DNA of 60,905 nt, counting the filler, from Jimgerdemannia flammicorona (lineage: Eukaryota), in the NCBI GenBank assembly GCA_003990765.1. It is 3 parts of 3 records of this genome, joined end to end, with 100 filler letters (N's around TTAATTAATTAA, not from the genome) between each part and the next. Parts side by side here need not be neighbours in the genome. Positions count along the whole stretch, not along the records: positions 40,675 to 60,905 come from RBNJ01001728.1; 2 more parts are not named here. One strand, given 5' to 3'. This document shows positions 49,467 through 60,905 of this stretch, piece by piece. The position numbers were made by a program, and so were the translations under genes. The notes beneath the pieces were generated by a model. The model had not been told where the DNA came from. It saw only the letters and a list, made by a program, of their open reading frames with translations, and ran no database searches. Position 1 is the stretch's first letter. Each line of letters begins with the position of its first letter.

Positions 49467-52400
49467 GATAGTTCTTAAATCTCAGATAACTATACTACTT
49501 ACAACTGACCTAGAGATGACTATTTAAAAAGACTATATCAGAATATTTAAGACTAGAAGTAGTCTAAGAGTAAAATTACTATTGAAGAAAAAATTATTAA
49601 TTTAGATTATATTGGAGAAATTCTACTTATTGTTTGAAACCACAACTCTATAGTCAAGAAGAAGGACTAGCTGGTATAAATGCTGATCTTTTCAGTATTA
49701 CAACCTAAGATTATAAAGTCAAAAAGCTAAAGAAAACTAGAAGAGAAAGGAAAGAATTCAGATTTATAGAAAGAGGAGTTTTTGTTAGTATCAAGATCAC
49801 TAAGCTAAACTATAAGAAGGAGAAAATTACAAAAAGATAGCTATACTATTGAAAATGAATTTCTACTTAAGAAGAAACTCAAGTAGCTACTCTATAAATT
49901 TGAGAATATTTTTGCCACTGATTTCAAAAAAAGATACCATACTACTATTATGATATCAATATAGAAAATACTGAGTCAATCTATCAAAAAGTAAGATCTA
50001 TTCTATCAGTCTATCATAAATAGCTTAGAGAAGAAATCAAACAGATAGAGAAAGCTAGTATTATCAAAGAGACTACATATTAGTCTATAGTTATTATCAA
50101 TTATACTAGTTTTAAAAAAAGGAAGTAAGTTTGAAGAATTTATACCAAGACTCTACATAGACTACAAAAACTCAATAAAGTCACTAAGAAGGATTATAAA
50201 TCACTATTTCTCATTAGTAATATTCTGATAATACTAGAAGATAAAGTATAATATTATACTACTCTAGATCTATATTCAGAATTCTATCAAATTGATCTTA
50301 CTAAGAAAGCTAGTGAAAAGTCAGTCTTCATCACTTTAAATAAAATCTATATCTATCTATAAATATTATTCAGAATATATAATATCCCTGCAAGCTTCTA
50401 GAAAATGATAAATAAAGTCTTCTAAGATAAAATAAGAAAATAGATAATAGTTTATATAGATGATATAATTATCTTCAGTAAGATAGTTTAGGAATATCTA
50501 AATTATATCTACTAAATTCTATAGAAGTTAAGAAAGTATAGTTTATTCATCAAGTTTAAAAAGTATAAGTTTATAGAAATCAAGATCTCCTATTTTAGAT
50601 ATATTATTAATTAACTAGAACTTATATAAACTTTATTAAGATTCAAGCTATAGTAGCTTATTTTAGATCTACTATAGTTATTAAAGTATAAACTTTATAG
50701 AACTTACTATATACTATTAAAGATTTATTAAGAGATTCTCTAATATTACAAGTTCTATTTATGAACTATTCAAAAAGAATACTAAATTCAATTGGACTAT
50801 TAGATATCAATAAGTATTCAATTAACTCAAGATCAGATTAACCCAAGTACTTATTTTGAGAAGACCTGATACATTTTAGAAATTCATCCTCTAGACAGAT
50901 GTAAGCTTAATTGTACTAAGAGTGATCTTTATATAAAAAAAGAACAAGGTGAAATATATTATTACATATCTTAGCTAAAGAACTCATAAAGGAGAAAGAG
51001 AGTATAAATTCTATAAGTTGGAGTATCTTATAGTTATATAGACTGTGAAAAAGTTTTACTACTATCTTATAGGAAGATATTTTATTATTCTGATAGATTA
51101 TTTAGCTCTCACTTGATTATTGATTATAAGTAAACCTAAAGAAACTTTGCCAGATAGATTATAAAGCTACAGACCTATAATATAATTATTATATACTATC
51201 TAGGAAAAATTAATACTAATGTCAATACTCTCTTCTAGATATTCTGAAGAAACTATATCTAGTAAAGAAGACATGAATAAGAAACTCTATTACAGAATCA
51301 TCACCTATTTGAGATAGTAAAAGATGCTCTAATATCTAAAAGAATAGCTATAAATGATCATCAACAGAATCTGGAAAAAATTCAAAACTAATAGAGAAAT
51401 ACTAAAAAAGAAAAGCTACTAGTTATATCTAAGTATAAGAAAGAATAAATAATAAAGTCAATATATAAACTTAGTTATCTAAGAGGAATAAATATATATA
51501 ATGAAATAAGAAAAATAATATAATAGTCAGAAATAGAGAAAAATATTAGACAATTTGTCAAAATCTATAACAAATACTAAAAACAAAAGTAAGACCAATA
51601 AAATCAGATCCTGAGATCAGTAGAGATAGAACTAGTACTATTTACTCATATTGCAATAAATGTAATTAGTTCTCTATCTATAATATTGACTAATAACTAA
51701 TATATTATTATTATTATAGATCTCTTTACAAAATGAATAAAAGCAGAATCTTTCAAAAAAGACAATATATAGTTAATTACTAATTTCTTTTATAGAGAAA
51801 TCATCTACTAATTCAAGACTTTAAAGTAAGTAACAATAGATAGAGAAATAGAATTTATAAATCAGCTCTTTGAGATTCTTTACAAAAAGTATAAGATTTA
51901 GTATATTCAAACTATAGCTTATCATCTACAAGAAAATAGATAAGTAGAAAGAACTAATAAGATTCTCAAGAATATTATTACTAAGATTTATAATAACTAT
52001 GAAAATTAAGATTACTATTTGCTAATAGTATTATCTCTGGAATATATAATTATAAAGCACTCACTTTATACTTTAGAAATTACTATTTAGAGAAGAAAGT
52101 TCTGAAGGAATATTATTATTCAATAGAGATATAGTATAGAAATATATAAATAATAAAATATAGAGATTGTACTAAATAAGGAAAAAGACTGAAGATTATA
52201 TATTCAAGATATAGAATTATAATAAAATAATATAGAAAAGATTTATAAGCTCTTAGAGATTATTAAGATAAGAGATAAAGTTTTAATATATTAAAATATA
52301 GTAGAAGCTTCATAGTTATAAAAAACTGAAGTCTAAATAAGAAAATCCTATTTATATAAAATATAAAAAGAACTATCTTTCAACTATAAAAACTCTTAGA

Positions 52401-53454
52401 TATAATTATCTCCACTACTATCTACTGAAACTGACTCAAAAAGTACTATGATTAATAAGTAAAGTATGGCTATAGCTCTCAAGATCACTAGTGCTACCCA
52501 GTGAGTCATAGAAAGATAATGATATTTTGCTGAACTTCTGGCCATAGAGAAATCCTTTAATAGTATTCAAAGTTATATACAAATTTATTTTTTTTATAAA
52601 TTTCTCACTTCAGAGTATACTAATATATATTAAGCAGAATTTCAAGAGTACTTTAAGTTAAGATAACTTTTTAATCAATAATTCAATAAAACAAAAGAAG
52701 ACTAAATTATCATCTGCTAGATATCTTATATCTAAGTCATAATTGCTAAACAAATCTATAAGTTATTCAAAATATTAAGTTAGCCATAGTATACTTCTGA
52801 GAAGTAGTATTAGAAGACTTCATACAAATAAAAAGATATTATTAGGAAAATATAATTGAACAGATTGAGCACTACAAGACCTTATAGAAGATAGAGACTT
52901 GAGAGTTTAAATAGGATATTTTGAGAATAAGATCATCTATTTAGAAGGAAGTTATAATAGTTTATCTGAATTAGGAATAAGAATTAGATAATAGACATTT
53001 GATTATAGTATGTATCTGAACTCAATTTATGATATAGTATAGTATACCTTATGGTTAGCAGTCACCTGATCTGATAGTTGTAAGAAAACTGAAATCTTAT
53101 AATTGTAAGAGATCCTATATCTGTAAGAAATCTGATAATTATAAGAAATTCTATAGTTATAAGATAACTTATAACTTAGTCACTATATAGCTAGCAAACT
53201 TATATAAAAACAAAATATTGAATATTTAATATAAATATCCTTTGAAATTTATACCAAAAACAAAAAGCAAAATCTACTCAACCTAGTTCAGAGTAGAAAT
53301 GTTACCAAGATTTTCTCTTGACACTTTTTTTAATAACTTATCTACTATTATCGTCCTCCAACATATTAACATCAAGTAGCAGCTATCTAAATCTGACTGT
53401 CATAATATATATTTGTTAAAAATTCTAAAGAAACAAAGAGGTCACCCTGTTCCA

Positions 53455-53574
53455 GAAATATGGATCGGATCAACAGCGTTATCCGATCCGATCTGATATT
53501 GAATCTGGATCGGATCGTCCAGATAAGATCCATTCGTTCGGAACCATTGTTCCCAAGAAGTCGCGACATCCCCA
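53455..53574. mobile_element. Possible DNA-transposon terminus with GGATC/GATCC subterminal repeats
   Basis: Clustered GGATCGGAT/ATCCGATCC motifs ending in CGACATCCCCA (TGGGGATGTCG on the - strand, resembling hAT TAGGGATG ends). Confidence 0.4.
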
Positions 53575-53644
53575 ATTTTGGCCTTACCAGCATGCTTATG
53601 TAGGCAATTAGGGACAGAAATGGGCGCGTGCAGACTCGGTTGTA

Positions 53645-53731
53645 CGTTCGGGCTCGGATTCGCGTTCGGGCTCGGATTCGCGTTCGGGCTCGGATTCGCG
53701 TTCCGGCTCGGATTCGCGTTCGGGCTCGGAT
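53645..53731. repeat. 18-bp CpG-rich tandem repeat, about 4.8 copies (CGTTCGGGCTCGGATTCG)
   Basis: Directly visible; bracketed by TGTAC on both sides. Confidence 0.9.
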
Positions 53732-54778
53732 GTACATTCCGCAATAAAACAAAAGCACTACCCGCGTCGAAAATGCTATATTAAAAAAAGAAAGAAAATC
53801 AGGTAATTAGCGCAGGCTACAAAGCAGAGAGGAAGGCAGAATGAATGAGAGGCTGGCGGTGGTCTGTAAGGGGACGCGTTTAATTGCCATATCTATACGC
53901 GATTTCAAACCTGGAAAGCAGATCTATTGGCTTAATATTCTCATATCCTTGCGTACTGTGTGCGTTTCGATACGGGGAGGGTAATGTGTTCTCTGAAAGT
54001 TTTATTTTTGAGAAAGCGTGGTTTGTGTGCTTTACAACAGTGCTATTTCTTAAATGCGATGTGTTGGTTTTAAGGACGACTTCGGGATGTATAGAATATA
54101 GGAATATAGCCAATATGAGTACGTTGGGTCACGTGGAACTAAAGGCCATAAAGCATTTATGTTTTGGAATGTTCCAGAGTGAAAAAAAAAAAAAAAAAAA
54201 AAAAACTCACAATTACTGCCATATCAGGGACTTTACGGCAACCAATCAGAGAGGTTTTCAAAACGATCACATGTATATACGCAAAAGTCCTATCGTGCCC
54301 ATTGGTCAGAGACGTATCCTCGTGACGAAGGCTTTGAAATCAGGTTAACACAAAATGGGATTTTCCCCACATTTGAAATGTCTGGGGTAGCCCAACAACG
54401 ATGATCTTGCACCAACATTCTACCCCGCACGGGTTCAACGTGACCCGAGACATGCGGTATCTTCTTGTGGCACGGAATCAAGAATGACTGACATTCTGGA
54501 ATCAGAAATCCATGGAACGTTGGATTTATTTGGTTGACATCCTAACCAGCCAGAAACATACACAATGCACGAAGAAATTTCTTGTCCCCTGAGAAACAAA
54601 TATTACTACTATTCACAAACACAATCTCTCTCCAAAAAATAAAATAAAATAACAAAAATAAAAAAGGTAAAAAAGGAAATGCGAATACGAATGCGTGGAA
54701 ATAAGGTACGACAAAATATACGTTAAAAAGGGATTGTCAGTGGTGGCTGCCGAAACGATTGTTTGTGTAAATAGTTAT

Positions 54779-55261
54779 TCAAGAGGTAAATTCAGCTGCG
54801 CTGCGTAAACGTTCGTCCACCAGGTGCCGAACTTCTGTTCTTAACCGCTGCTTCCTTACAGTGTCGTGTGCGTTCCGCCGATATTCGAGTTTATCGTTTT
54901 CGTCACCAGTCCCCCACGAGAGCTTGCCGAGCTTTCTGAACATGCCACAACATTGCCAAACGCCTTCCTTGACGGCCTTGACCACGAAGTTCTCGGTCTT
55001 GGAAGATCTTCTGTGGGGCGTTTCTGTAGAGTCGATCGGAGGGGTGTGGCCCTCACAAGGGGGGACTGTTAGCTGGAAGAGAGAAGCGTTGGGAGATTTC
55101 TTGCGGGAGGAATGTCGGTGACGATCAGCGTGGAGGTAACGTAAAGGGTTGAAACGCTTCTTGGCTGAGGTGATATCGGTCGTGGCGGCTTGGCCAGGCG
55201 GATGGATGGTATTTTTGGCGGGAGTAGTGGTGCGTGAGATTGAAGTCGCAGGGTCAGACAT
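54779..55261 (-). CDS. Hypothetical basic 160-aa ORF; a separate small gene or a terminal exon of the channel gene
   Basis: ATG-TGA ORF in unmutated, genic-composition DNA; no recognised motif. Confidence 0.4.
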   Translation of the reverse strand: MSDPATSISRTTTPAKNTIHPPGQAATTDITSAKKRFNPLRYLHADRHRHSSRKKSPNASLFQLTVPPCEGHTPPIDSTETPHRRSSKTENFVVKAVKEGVWQCCGMFRKLGKLSWGTGDENDKLEYRRNAHDTVRKQRLRTEVRHLVDERLRSAAEFTS

Positions 55262-56014
55262 TATAAAGAAGAAAGAGGTAAATTGCTGCAGGTGTTATTT
55301 TATGGTCGCGTGGTATGGCACGAGACATAACTGCGGCATTATCAATAGTCGGTCAACTAATAGAGAATTTGAGCTGCGTGGTAATGCACGGATCCTTCGC
55401 ATTGACGACTAGTTCCGCGAGTCCAAACCTGACATTATGTAATATCAGATCGAAAAAAAAAAAAAAAAATACGCTTCACCTGATCTCCGAACTCTTCGAG
55501 ATCCCCAGCACATTCAACGCTTATGAACTGTGCACGCTAAAATATTGTAGTTGGAGAGAGGAATCGGAATGTAAATCTTGTTAGGAGTTTCAGGACTTAT
55601 GCTTCCGATTTGGTAGTTGAAAGAATCTTCGATTAATGTCAGTTGGTTATTTATCTTTAGTTGTGAATAAAGTTCCGAATGGTCCTGACCCGAAATTTTG
55701 ATCACAACCTGGGTTGTGAGAAAAAGTTTGATGCTCGTTCAAATTAGCCCATCCGGAGCTTTAGTTGTGAATAAATAAAAAGAAAATCACGCGGCTGGCG
55801 AGTAGTCTCAATTTATTCGAATTACCATAAAGCAACGACACGAACCTAACCAGATCAGTGAAAGGATCTACGAGGTACACAACCGGTGCAGTCAACTGCA
55901 ACGTCTGTTATTGGGTTACAAGCACAACTTCTTTTCTGTGTTGACACTGTGAATAAGAAAGATGGATAACGGTGGGCAGTGAAGAAAACGTGCATAAACA
56001 AGCATCTGACAAGC

Positions 56015-59000
56015 TCAATTCCCGGGAATATTGGGCAGCGGACCCTCGGACGGAAACCAGAAGCTCCTTCCGTCATTTTGCGCGCTAATCCGCATTGGCA
56101 AGGTGTTCAACGATGTGTCGGACCCGTTACGGTGTTCCGAAGGCGCGAGCCTACGTCGCGGTTCCTCTGTGCTCGGGCCGACAAAGTTGGAGGGGAAAAG
56201 TCCCTTCCTGTCCTCGCACTCGCCATACCACCAGCCTGAGGGAAAGGCCCTGATAATATCGATAAACTGGCCGCGCTCAAATTTGAGGTGATTTGAACGG
56301 TCGAGCGGTTCGTAGTCAAATAGTGCCTCAACTACGTCAGGGATGTTCTCAAATACTGTGAATGTGAAAGAAATCGAGTGTGAGTGGCAATGAATGCGAT
56401 ACCGGACAGCAGCAAGAAGCTTAAAACGTGTGGCATTACGGAACCTACCATCTGAAAATTGTCCGTCTGGGCCCCACTTCAAGATTTGCGGCTGTCGAAC
56501 ATCTTCATGGCCCCCCTGCTCCTCGCGGACAGTTTTCCTGTAAGCCTCAATTTCGACGTCGTGCGCTGCCATTCCAGCGATTCGATCAATGAACGGGAAT
56601 ATATATATATATATCTTGGACGCTAATTCCGTTGAAAGAGAAAATTGATCAGGAGTCTACAAACCAATGTAGTAAATATACGGCGGGAACCAGTCAGTCC
56701 TGAGGTGCCGCTGGTAATATACGCCGAGGAGCGGGTGGAGTTCGATATCGGCAATGGTTTGGACAATCAGGAGGAGCCAGAGTCGCTGACCGGACTTGAG
56801 GGCTTTGTTATAGAAATCGTTGACTATAATAGTGGTTTAAGTGTAATAAGTTGAGCTTATAATCTGGGAGTTGTCTGAGCATTTTCCTTGGCTTTACTAG
56901 TTGTGACCTTAAAGTCGTCTACTCACGAAGAGCGATGAGGACGTTAAAAAGCAGAATGTTGGTCACCACGGCGAAGACCCCCATCAAGGCCATGACACTG
57001 GGATCCGATTTGAATCTATGCGCATGTGATACAAAGCAAAATATAATATGAAATGTTGTTTAACTTGCGCCAATGACCAAGTCCTCCACCACGGTGGATC
57101 AAAAAGGAAAAAAAAAAAAAACAGTATTTCACGAGCAGTGTCAAACTTACATATCCATTGTCGCATAATTTTGGGATATGAAAAAGAAAACGTCGCTAAA
57201 AACTGTCATAAAGTTTTTAGAGAAATTGTTGCCGGATGAGTCGACCGGGAATATGCTCAAATTGAAGTTTTTGTCGTCTATGGAACCCGTTACGTTGCCG
57301 AAGGCATCGGTGTTTGGGATGGAGTGCTTCAGGTGCTCATAGAAGGCTTGTACAAAGCCCATGAAGGCCACCGCGAGCACGATCAGGAAAGGAGCCATCC
57401 TTTTTATGATCTTTATATACGGGATTAAATTGGATCTATCGTTAGATACGAAGTCGAGGCCAAGAAGGATTTTAGGTGCAAATCGGTACTGGGACATACT
57501 TCACTTATAACAGCCACAAAGATACCAATAGACTTAGAAACGCGGAGCTGCATAAGCTGCAAATGAGGGAAGAAATTCCAAATTTGTTCCGGTTTACAAA
57601 ACGGGAAATATTTACAAACCGTGCACTTACCAGCCGAAACCAGACAAGAAGCACACTAGCAGGACGGAGAAAGGCTGGCATAGGTTCACCATTCATGAGC
57701 ACCGACGCGTACGTGATCGGTAAAATGAATGCACAAAGCTCGAGATAATTGGTAGGAGTGGACATATATGCCAAGGGACGATGAACAATTTTCCCCAGCT
57801 CCATAATGATAAAAACGACAGCTAGTCCGATAAAGATCCGAGACAGCCACAACGGCTCGTCAGATGCTTCTTTGTCAAGTAACACTGTAAAGACCGCCCA
57901 ATAGCCAAGATAGAATGCAAACATTATGAAGAACCTCAGGCGAGCGAACGCTTGCCATTTCTAGAAAGGGCATAAGACAGATCAAGAATTTCAATCACCG
58001 TACTTGCCTAGTACACAAGGAACCGTAGCTTGCTTGTACTTACATGGTTGACAACGGCCTCCAGAAATGGTTCCGCAATTTCAACTACTTTTTGCTGAGC
58101 TGTCATGTCGGCAATTCGGGCGAAAGTGCTCTTTTTATCGCCTTCGTAGGAGCACAAGTTGAGTAATGGGACGACGCAGACATGCGCGGCTCTCAGCCGT
58201 GGCTTGAACATTGGAAGTTTCTTCGATAGCTTTTGTGGGAAGTTTTTGAAATGCCTCACACACCACCCGAATCCACGATAAAGGGCAGACCAGGCAAACG
58301 AGAGTCCATCAGGAACATTGATGTGGTCGGTGAATTGAATGATCGGATACAAGTTGTCGCAGTGGGTCAAGATCTCCACGTCTCGGTTGTTAATATCAGG
58401 CGAGCGTTCTCGACGTAGGAAAATTTGATCCTGAACATTGGGGACGACGCAAACTTGATAGGACAGCACGCGTGCAATTTCTCCAACCAAGGCCGGGTTC
58501 TCATTCAGCATATCCGGGATTTGTTGCTGGAGTAGGAGCCCGTACGTGGTCTCGCCGCGCTGAGTCTGGCGGATCAGCCATTTGACAATCTTGACCTCAA
58601 TAACAGGGTCTCCCACGTAACGGAAGAGATCGTTTGGGCTGTCGGCCGATTCGTAAATCCAGGAGAAGATACAACGGCGGTAGTTTCGGTATGTAGCAAA
58701 GACAGCATCGAGATCTTGATAGTTGAATAGATAAAGAATTGGAGTGTGCAGCAGGGGGATGTCGATGCGAGGAAACCGATGCCGTGGGATGAATTTGTGG
58801 AGTACCTTGTTGATTTCCGCCGTGAGGTCTGGAATTTTTGAAGATACGCCCCATTCGTAATTGTGGTCTGTAATAATCCTCGAGAGCAGCAAGAAGTATC
58901 GGCAGCCATTGAATGCCTTATTTTCTTGAATAGATTCCCCCATTACGATTTCGTGATGTCTCTTGATCCTCACCGGCGTCGTTGTGCACAGAAAAACTCT

Positions 59001-60819
59001 TACAATGGGCTGGCCCGCCTCGGAATTCTCCATATTGAAAGCATTATCCGTATGGAAATCATTCTCGGTATTGAAGGCCTTCGTCTGGTCCATGTCGATT
59101 GTAACTGGCTGCTCGTCGCGAAGCCGGCCAGGCTTGGGGATGCACCAAAAGTCTTGAAGCTCGTAGTCGTCCGTAATATTTGGTGGAGCCCACAGCTGTA
59201 CGGTTATGGTTGTAACAACGAGGACGGCGCCTTTGGTGGTAACTGCAAATTTACTCTGTCCATTAAAAGGGGCATCATCGCTGGACGGCTGAAATGAGAA
59301 CCTTTTTGTGTCGGAAGCAGGCGGATCCGACATACTTTTTACGCAGCAGACATATTGATTCAAATTCTCATCAAGTTCAATTTGCAGCGACCATCGAGTG
59401 TCTTCAAACTGTACTTCCCCGTCATCTTTTGTCACAGTCCTCAGCGCGAGACTATTCTCCGTTGTGGGTTTGGGCACCAGCGATTCGATCGAGATACCTC
59501 CCTCTTTTTGCTTGAGGCTGTAGTGTTTTTGGCTATGGAGCCAGCATTCCGTTGTGCTCTCGACGGGAGTCATGATCCTTAGGCCTGTGTTGACATCATA
59601 GACATGGATACATTTGCAGGCTACGATGACTAGTTTATCGCCTTCGTCAAGGAAGCTTATTTTTTTCGGTATAATCTTAGTCCTCCATCGCATAATCTCG
59701 AGGCCGGTCTTTGTGTGTAGAATGTGCACAGTTATGTACCGGCTTTCCAGTACGTAGAAGAGGGGACGAATCAGTGAAGAAACGGCAAAAAAAGGATGCT
59801 CGAAAGTAAGCAGATACACGATAAGCAAAATACCTATTGATGACAGATTTGGATTTGGTAACGTTCGAGAGAACAGCAATTCTGGAACCGTCGAGGGACA
59901 AGGCAAAACGGTACTGCCAGAGACTATCCATCGGCGCAATGTTGCGCAGCATTGACTCACGAAGCTGGTACGAATTTTTGTTGAGCTGGGGGATGGACTG
60001 GTACATAAGCGATAAACGATCCACTCGACGGTGTAAGACGCCGACATGGACGTCGAGGTCAAGGGATCGAACGATATTGCGAATGTCAAAGTAAATTGTA
60101 CGGGAGACGGTAAGATCTGACACGTTGTACACTTGCAAGTAAGGCGGGCAACAGAGAAACATACTTTCGCGGCCAAGCAGATTATCGTTGTCAAATAAAA
60201 CGGTGCCGCTGCGCAGTTTGTATTGCTCGACCTGCGCAGTCGTATCCATCAATCGTCCTTGCTCAGCGCTATCGTAATCCGGCGTGCCAGGGGCCTCGCG
60301 GTTCATGCCGTCATTGATATCACTTCTCCCGAACCTGACGACGATTGGCCGAAACCTGTCGTCCCCACGTGGTGCGAGCAAGTTGCTTCCGGTATACCAA
60401 CGTTTGAAGGCGCCTAGGATTTGGCCTTTAATCACCGGCATGTCGAAGGACTTGTAGAGGTCATTGTGGGGATGTTCCAAAGGTACGAATGACACGGCGC
60501 AGATATTCCCGGTGTTGGCCACGGTGATCGATATGTTTACGTTCTCGCCAGTTTCGATGATTTCGATCTTTTTCTCGTGAAGGGCGTGCTTGTTTTCGAG
60601 CTCCTCGGTTTGCTCATTACCCTCAGGTGCCTTCCAAATTCGGACTACCCAATGTTCGCCCTCTTTGCTTAACGAAGCCACGTAGTTGCCGTCTCTTGAT
60701 ATATTGGCACACAGGACTTTTTCAGCATTGCTCGGTGAAGGACTAGACGACGATGACGACGACAAAGGGGTTGATGTGATGCCTAGCGATTCGATGTCGC
60801 GCTCATTGGAATCGGTCAT
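56015..60819 (-). CDS. Beta-propeller + TRP-like ion channel + SH3 protein, paralog B, multi-exon
   Basis: Exons 60819-59834 and about 59742-58044 (propeller/linker); TM exons KWQAFARLRFF...NYLELCAFILP...LLVWFRL, LMQLRVSKSIGIFVAVI, PFLIVLAVAFMGFVQAFY, pore region FSDVFFFI, S6 GVFAVVTNILLFNVLIAL (56928-56997), TRP-helix-like RLWLL...IADIEL...DWFP; SH3 VEALFDY...GWWYG...GLFPSNFV (about 56175-56335). Confidence 0.8.
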
Positions 60820-60905
60820 TATTGAGGGTTTGAATGTGTTGGGAGTGATAGAGGTGAGGGACTGACAGGCGGATACGATACTGGTGTAGAGGTTACAGGG
60901 GGGGG

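Larger units (their letters stand above)
45524..53204 (+). mobile_element. Full-length but extremely decayed Ty3/Gypsy element related to 8440-13897, with dUTPase relic and integrase
   Basis: LTRs 45524-45722 and 52953-53204 (TATAA...CTTATA, i.e. decayed TGTAA...CTTACA), purine tract at 52943-52951, dUTPase relic (SKITIEEKIINLDYIGEILLIV, about 49570-49635), RT VYIDD (about 50450-50463), FILxTD, integrase TIAYHLQ. Confidence 0.85.

Noticed and set aside
53387..53784. ORFs with RARTRI / NANPSP repeats; CRISPR-like array
   Set aside because: Translations of an 18-bp tandem repeat with no unique spacers.

Overview
Eukaryotic, intron-containing genomic DNA, most plausibly an early-diverging (Mucoromycota-type) fungus; this is inferred from gene content and intron style, not proven. 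The window is three contigs joined by artificial N+TTAATTAATTAA+N spacers (20239-20338, 40575-40674). About two thirds is nested, C-to-T-decayed transposon DNA: L1/Tx1-like LINEs, two dUTPase-carrying Ty3/Gypsy elements, a third LTR element with a 2.06-kb ORF-bearing LTR and an AUG-free N-terminal gag extension, hAT remnants, and a 1.15-kb non-coding polyadenylated retroposon in three copies. The best-preserved element is a 4.48-kb Penelope-like retroelement (22563-27045) with no visible endonuclease, a Cys/His ORF1 joined to RT by a candidate -1 frameshift, 503-bp direct pLTRs and 337-bp terminal inverted repeats hinged on an intrinsic 15-bp hairpin. Host genes: a GYP8/TBC1D20-type RabGAP, a C-terminal RING protein, a FUN14 protein, an ankyrin relic, and two tandem paralogs of a beta-propeller + TRP-like channel, one followed in phase by an SH3 domain. 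Repeat copies show CpG and also CpA/TpG to TpA decay that resembles RIP.
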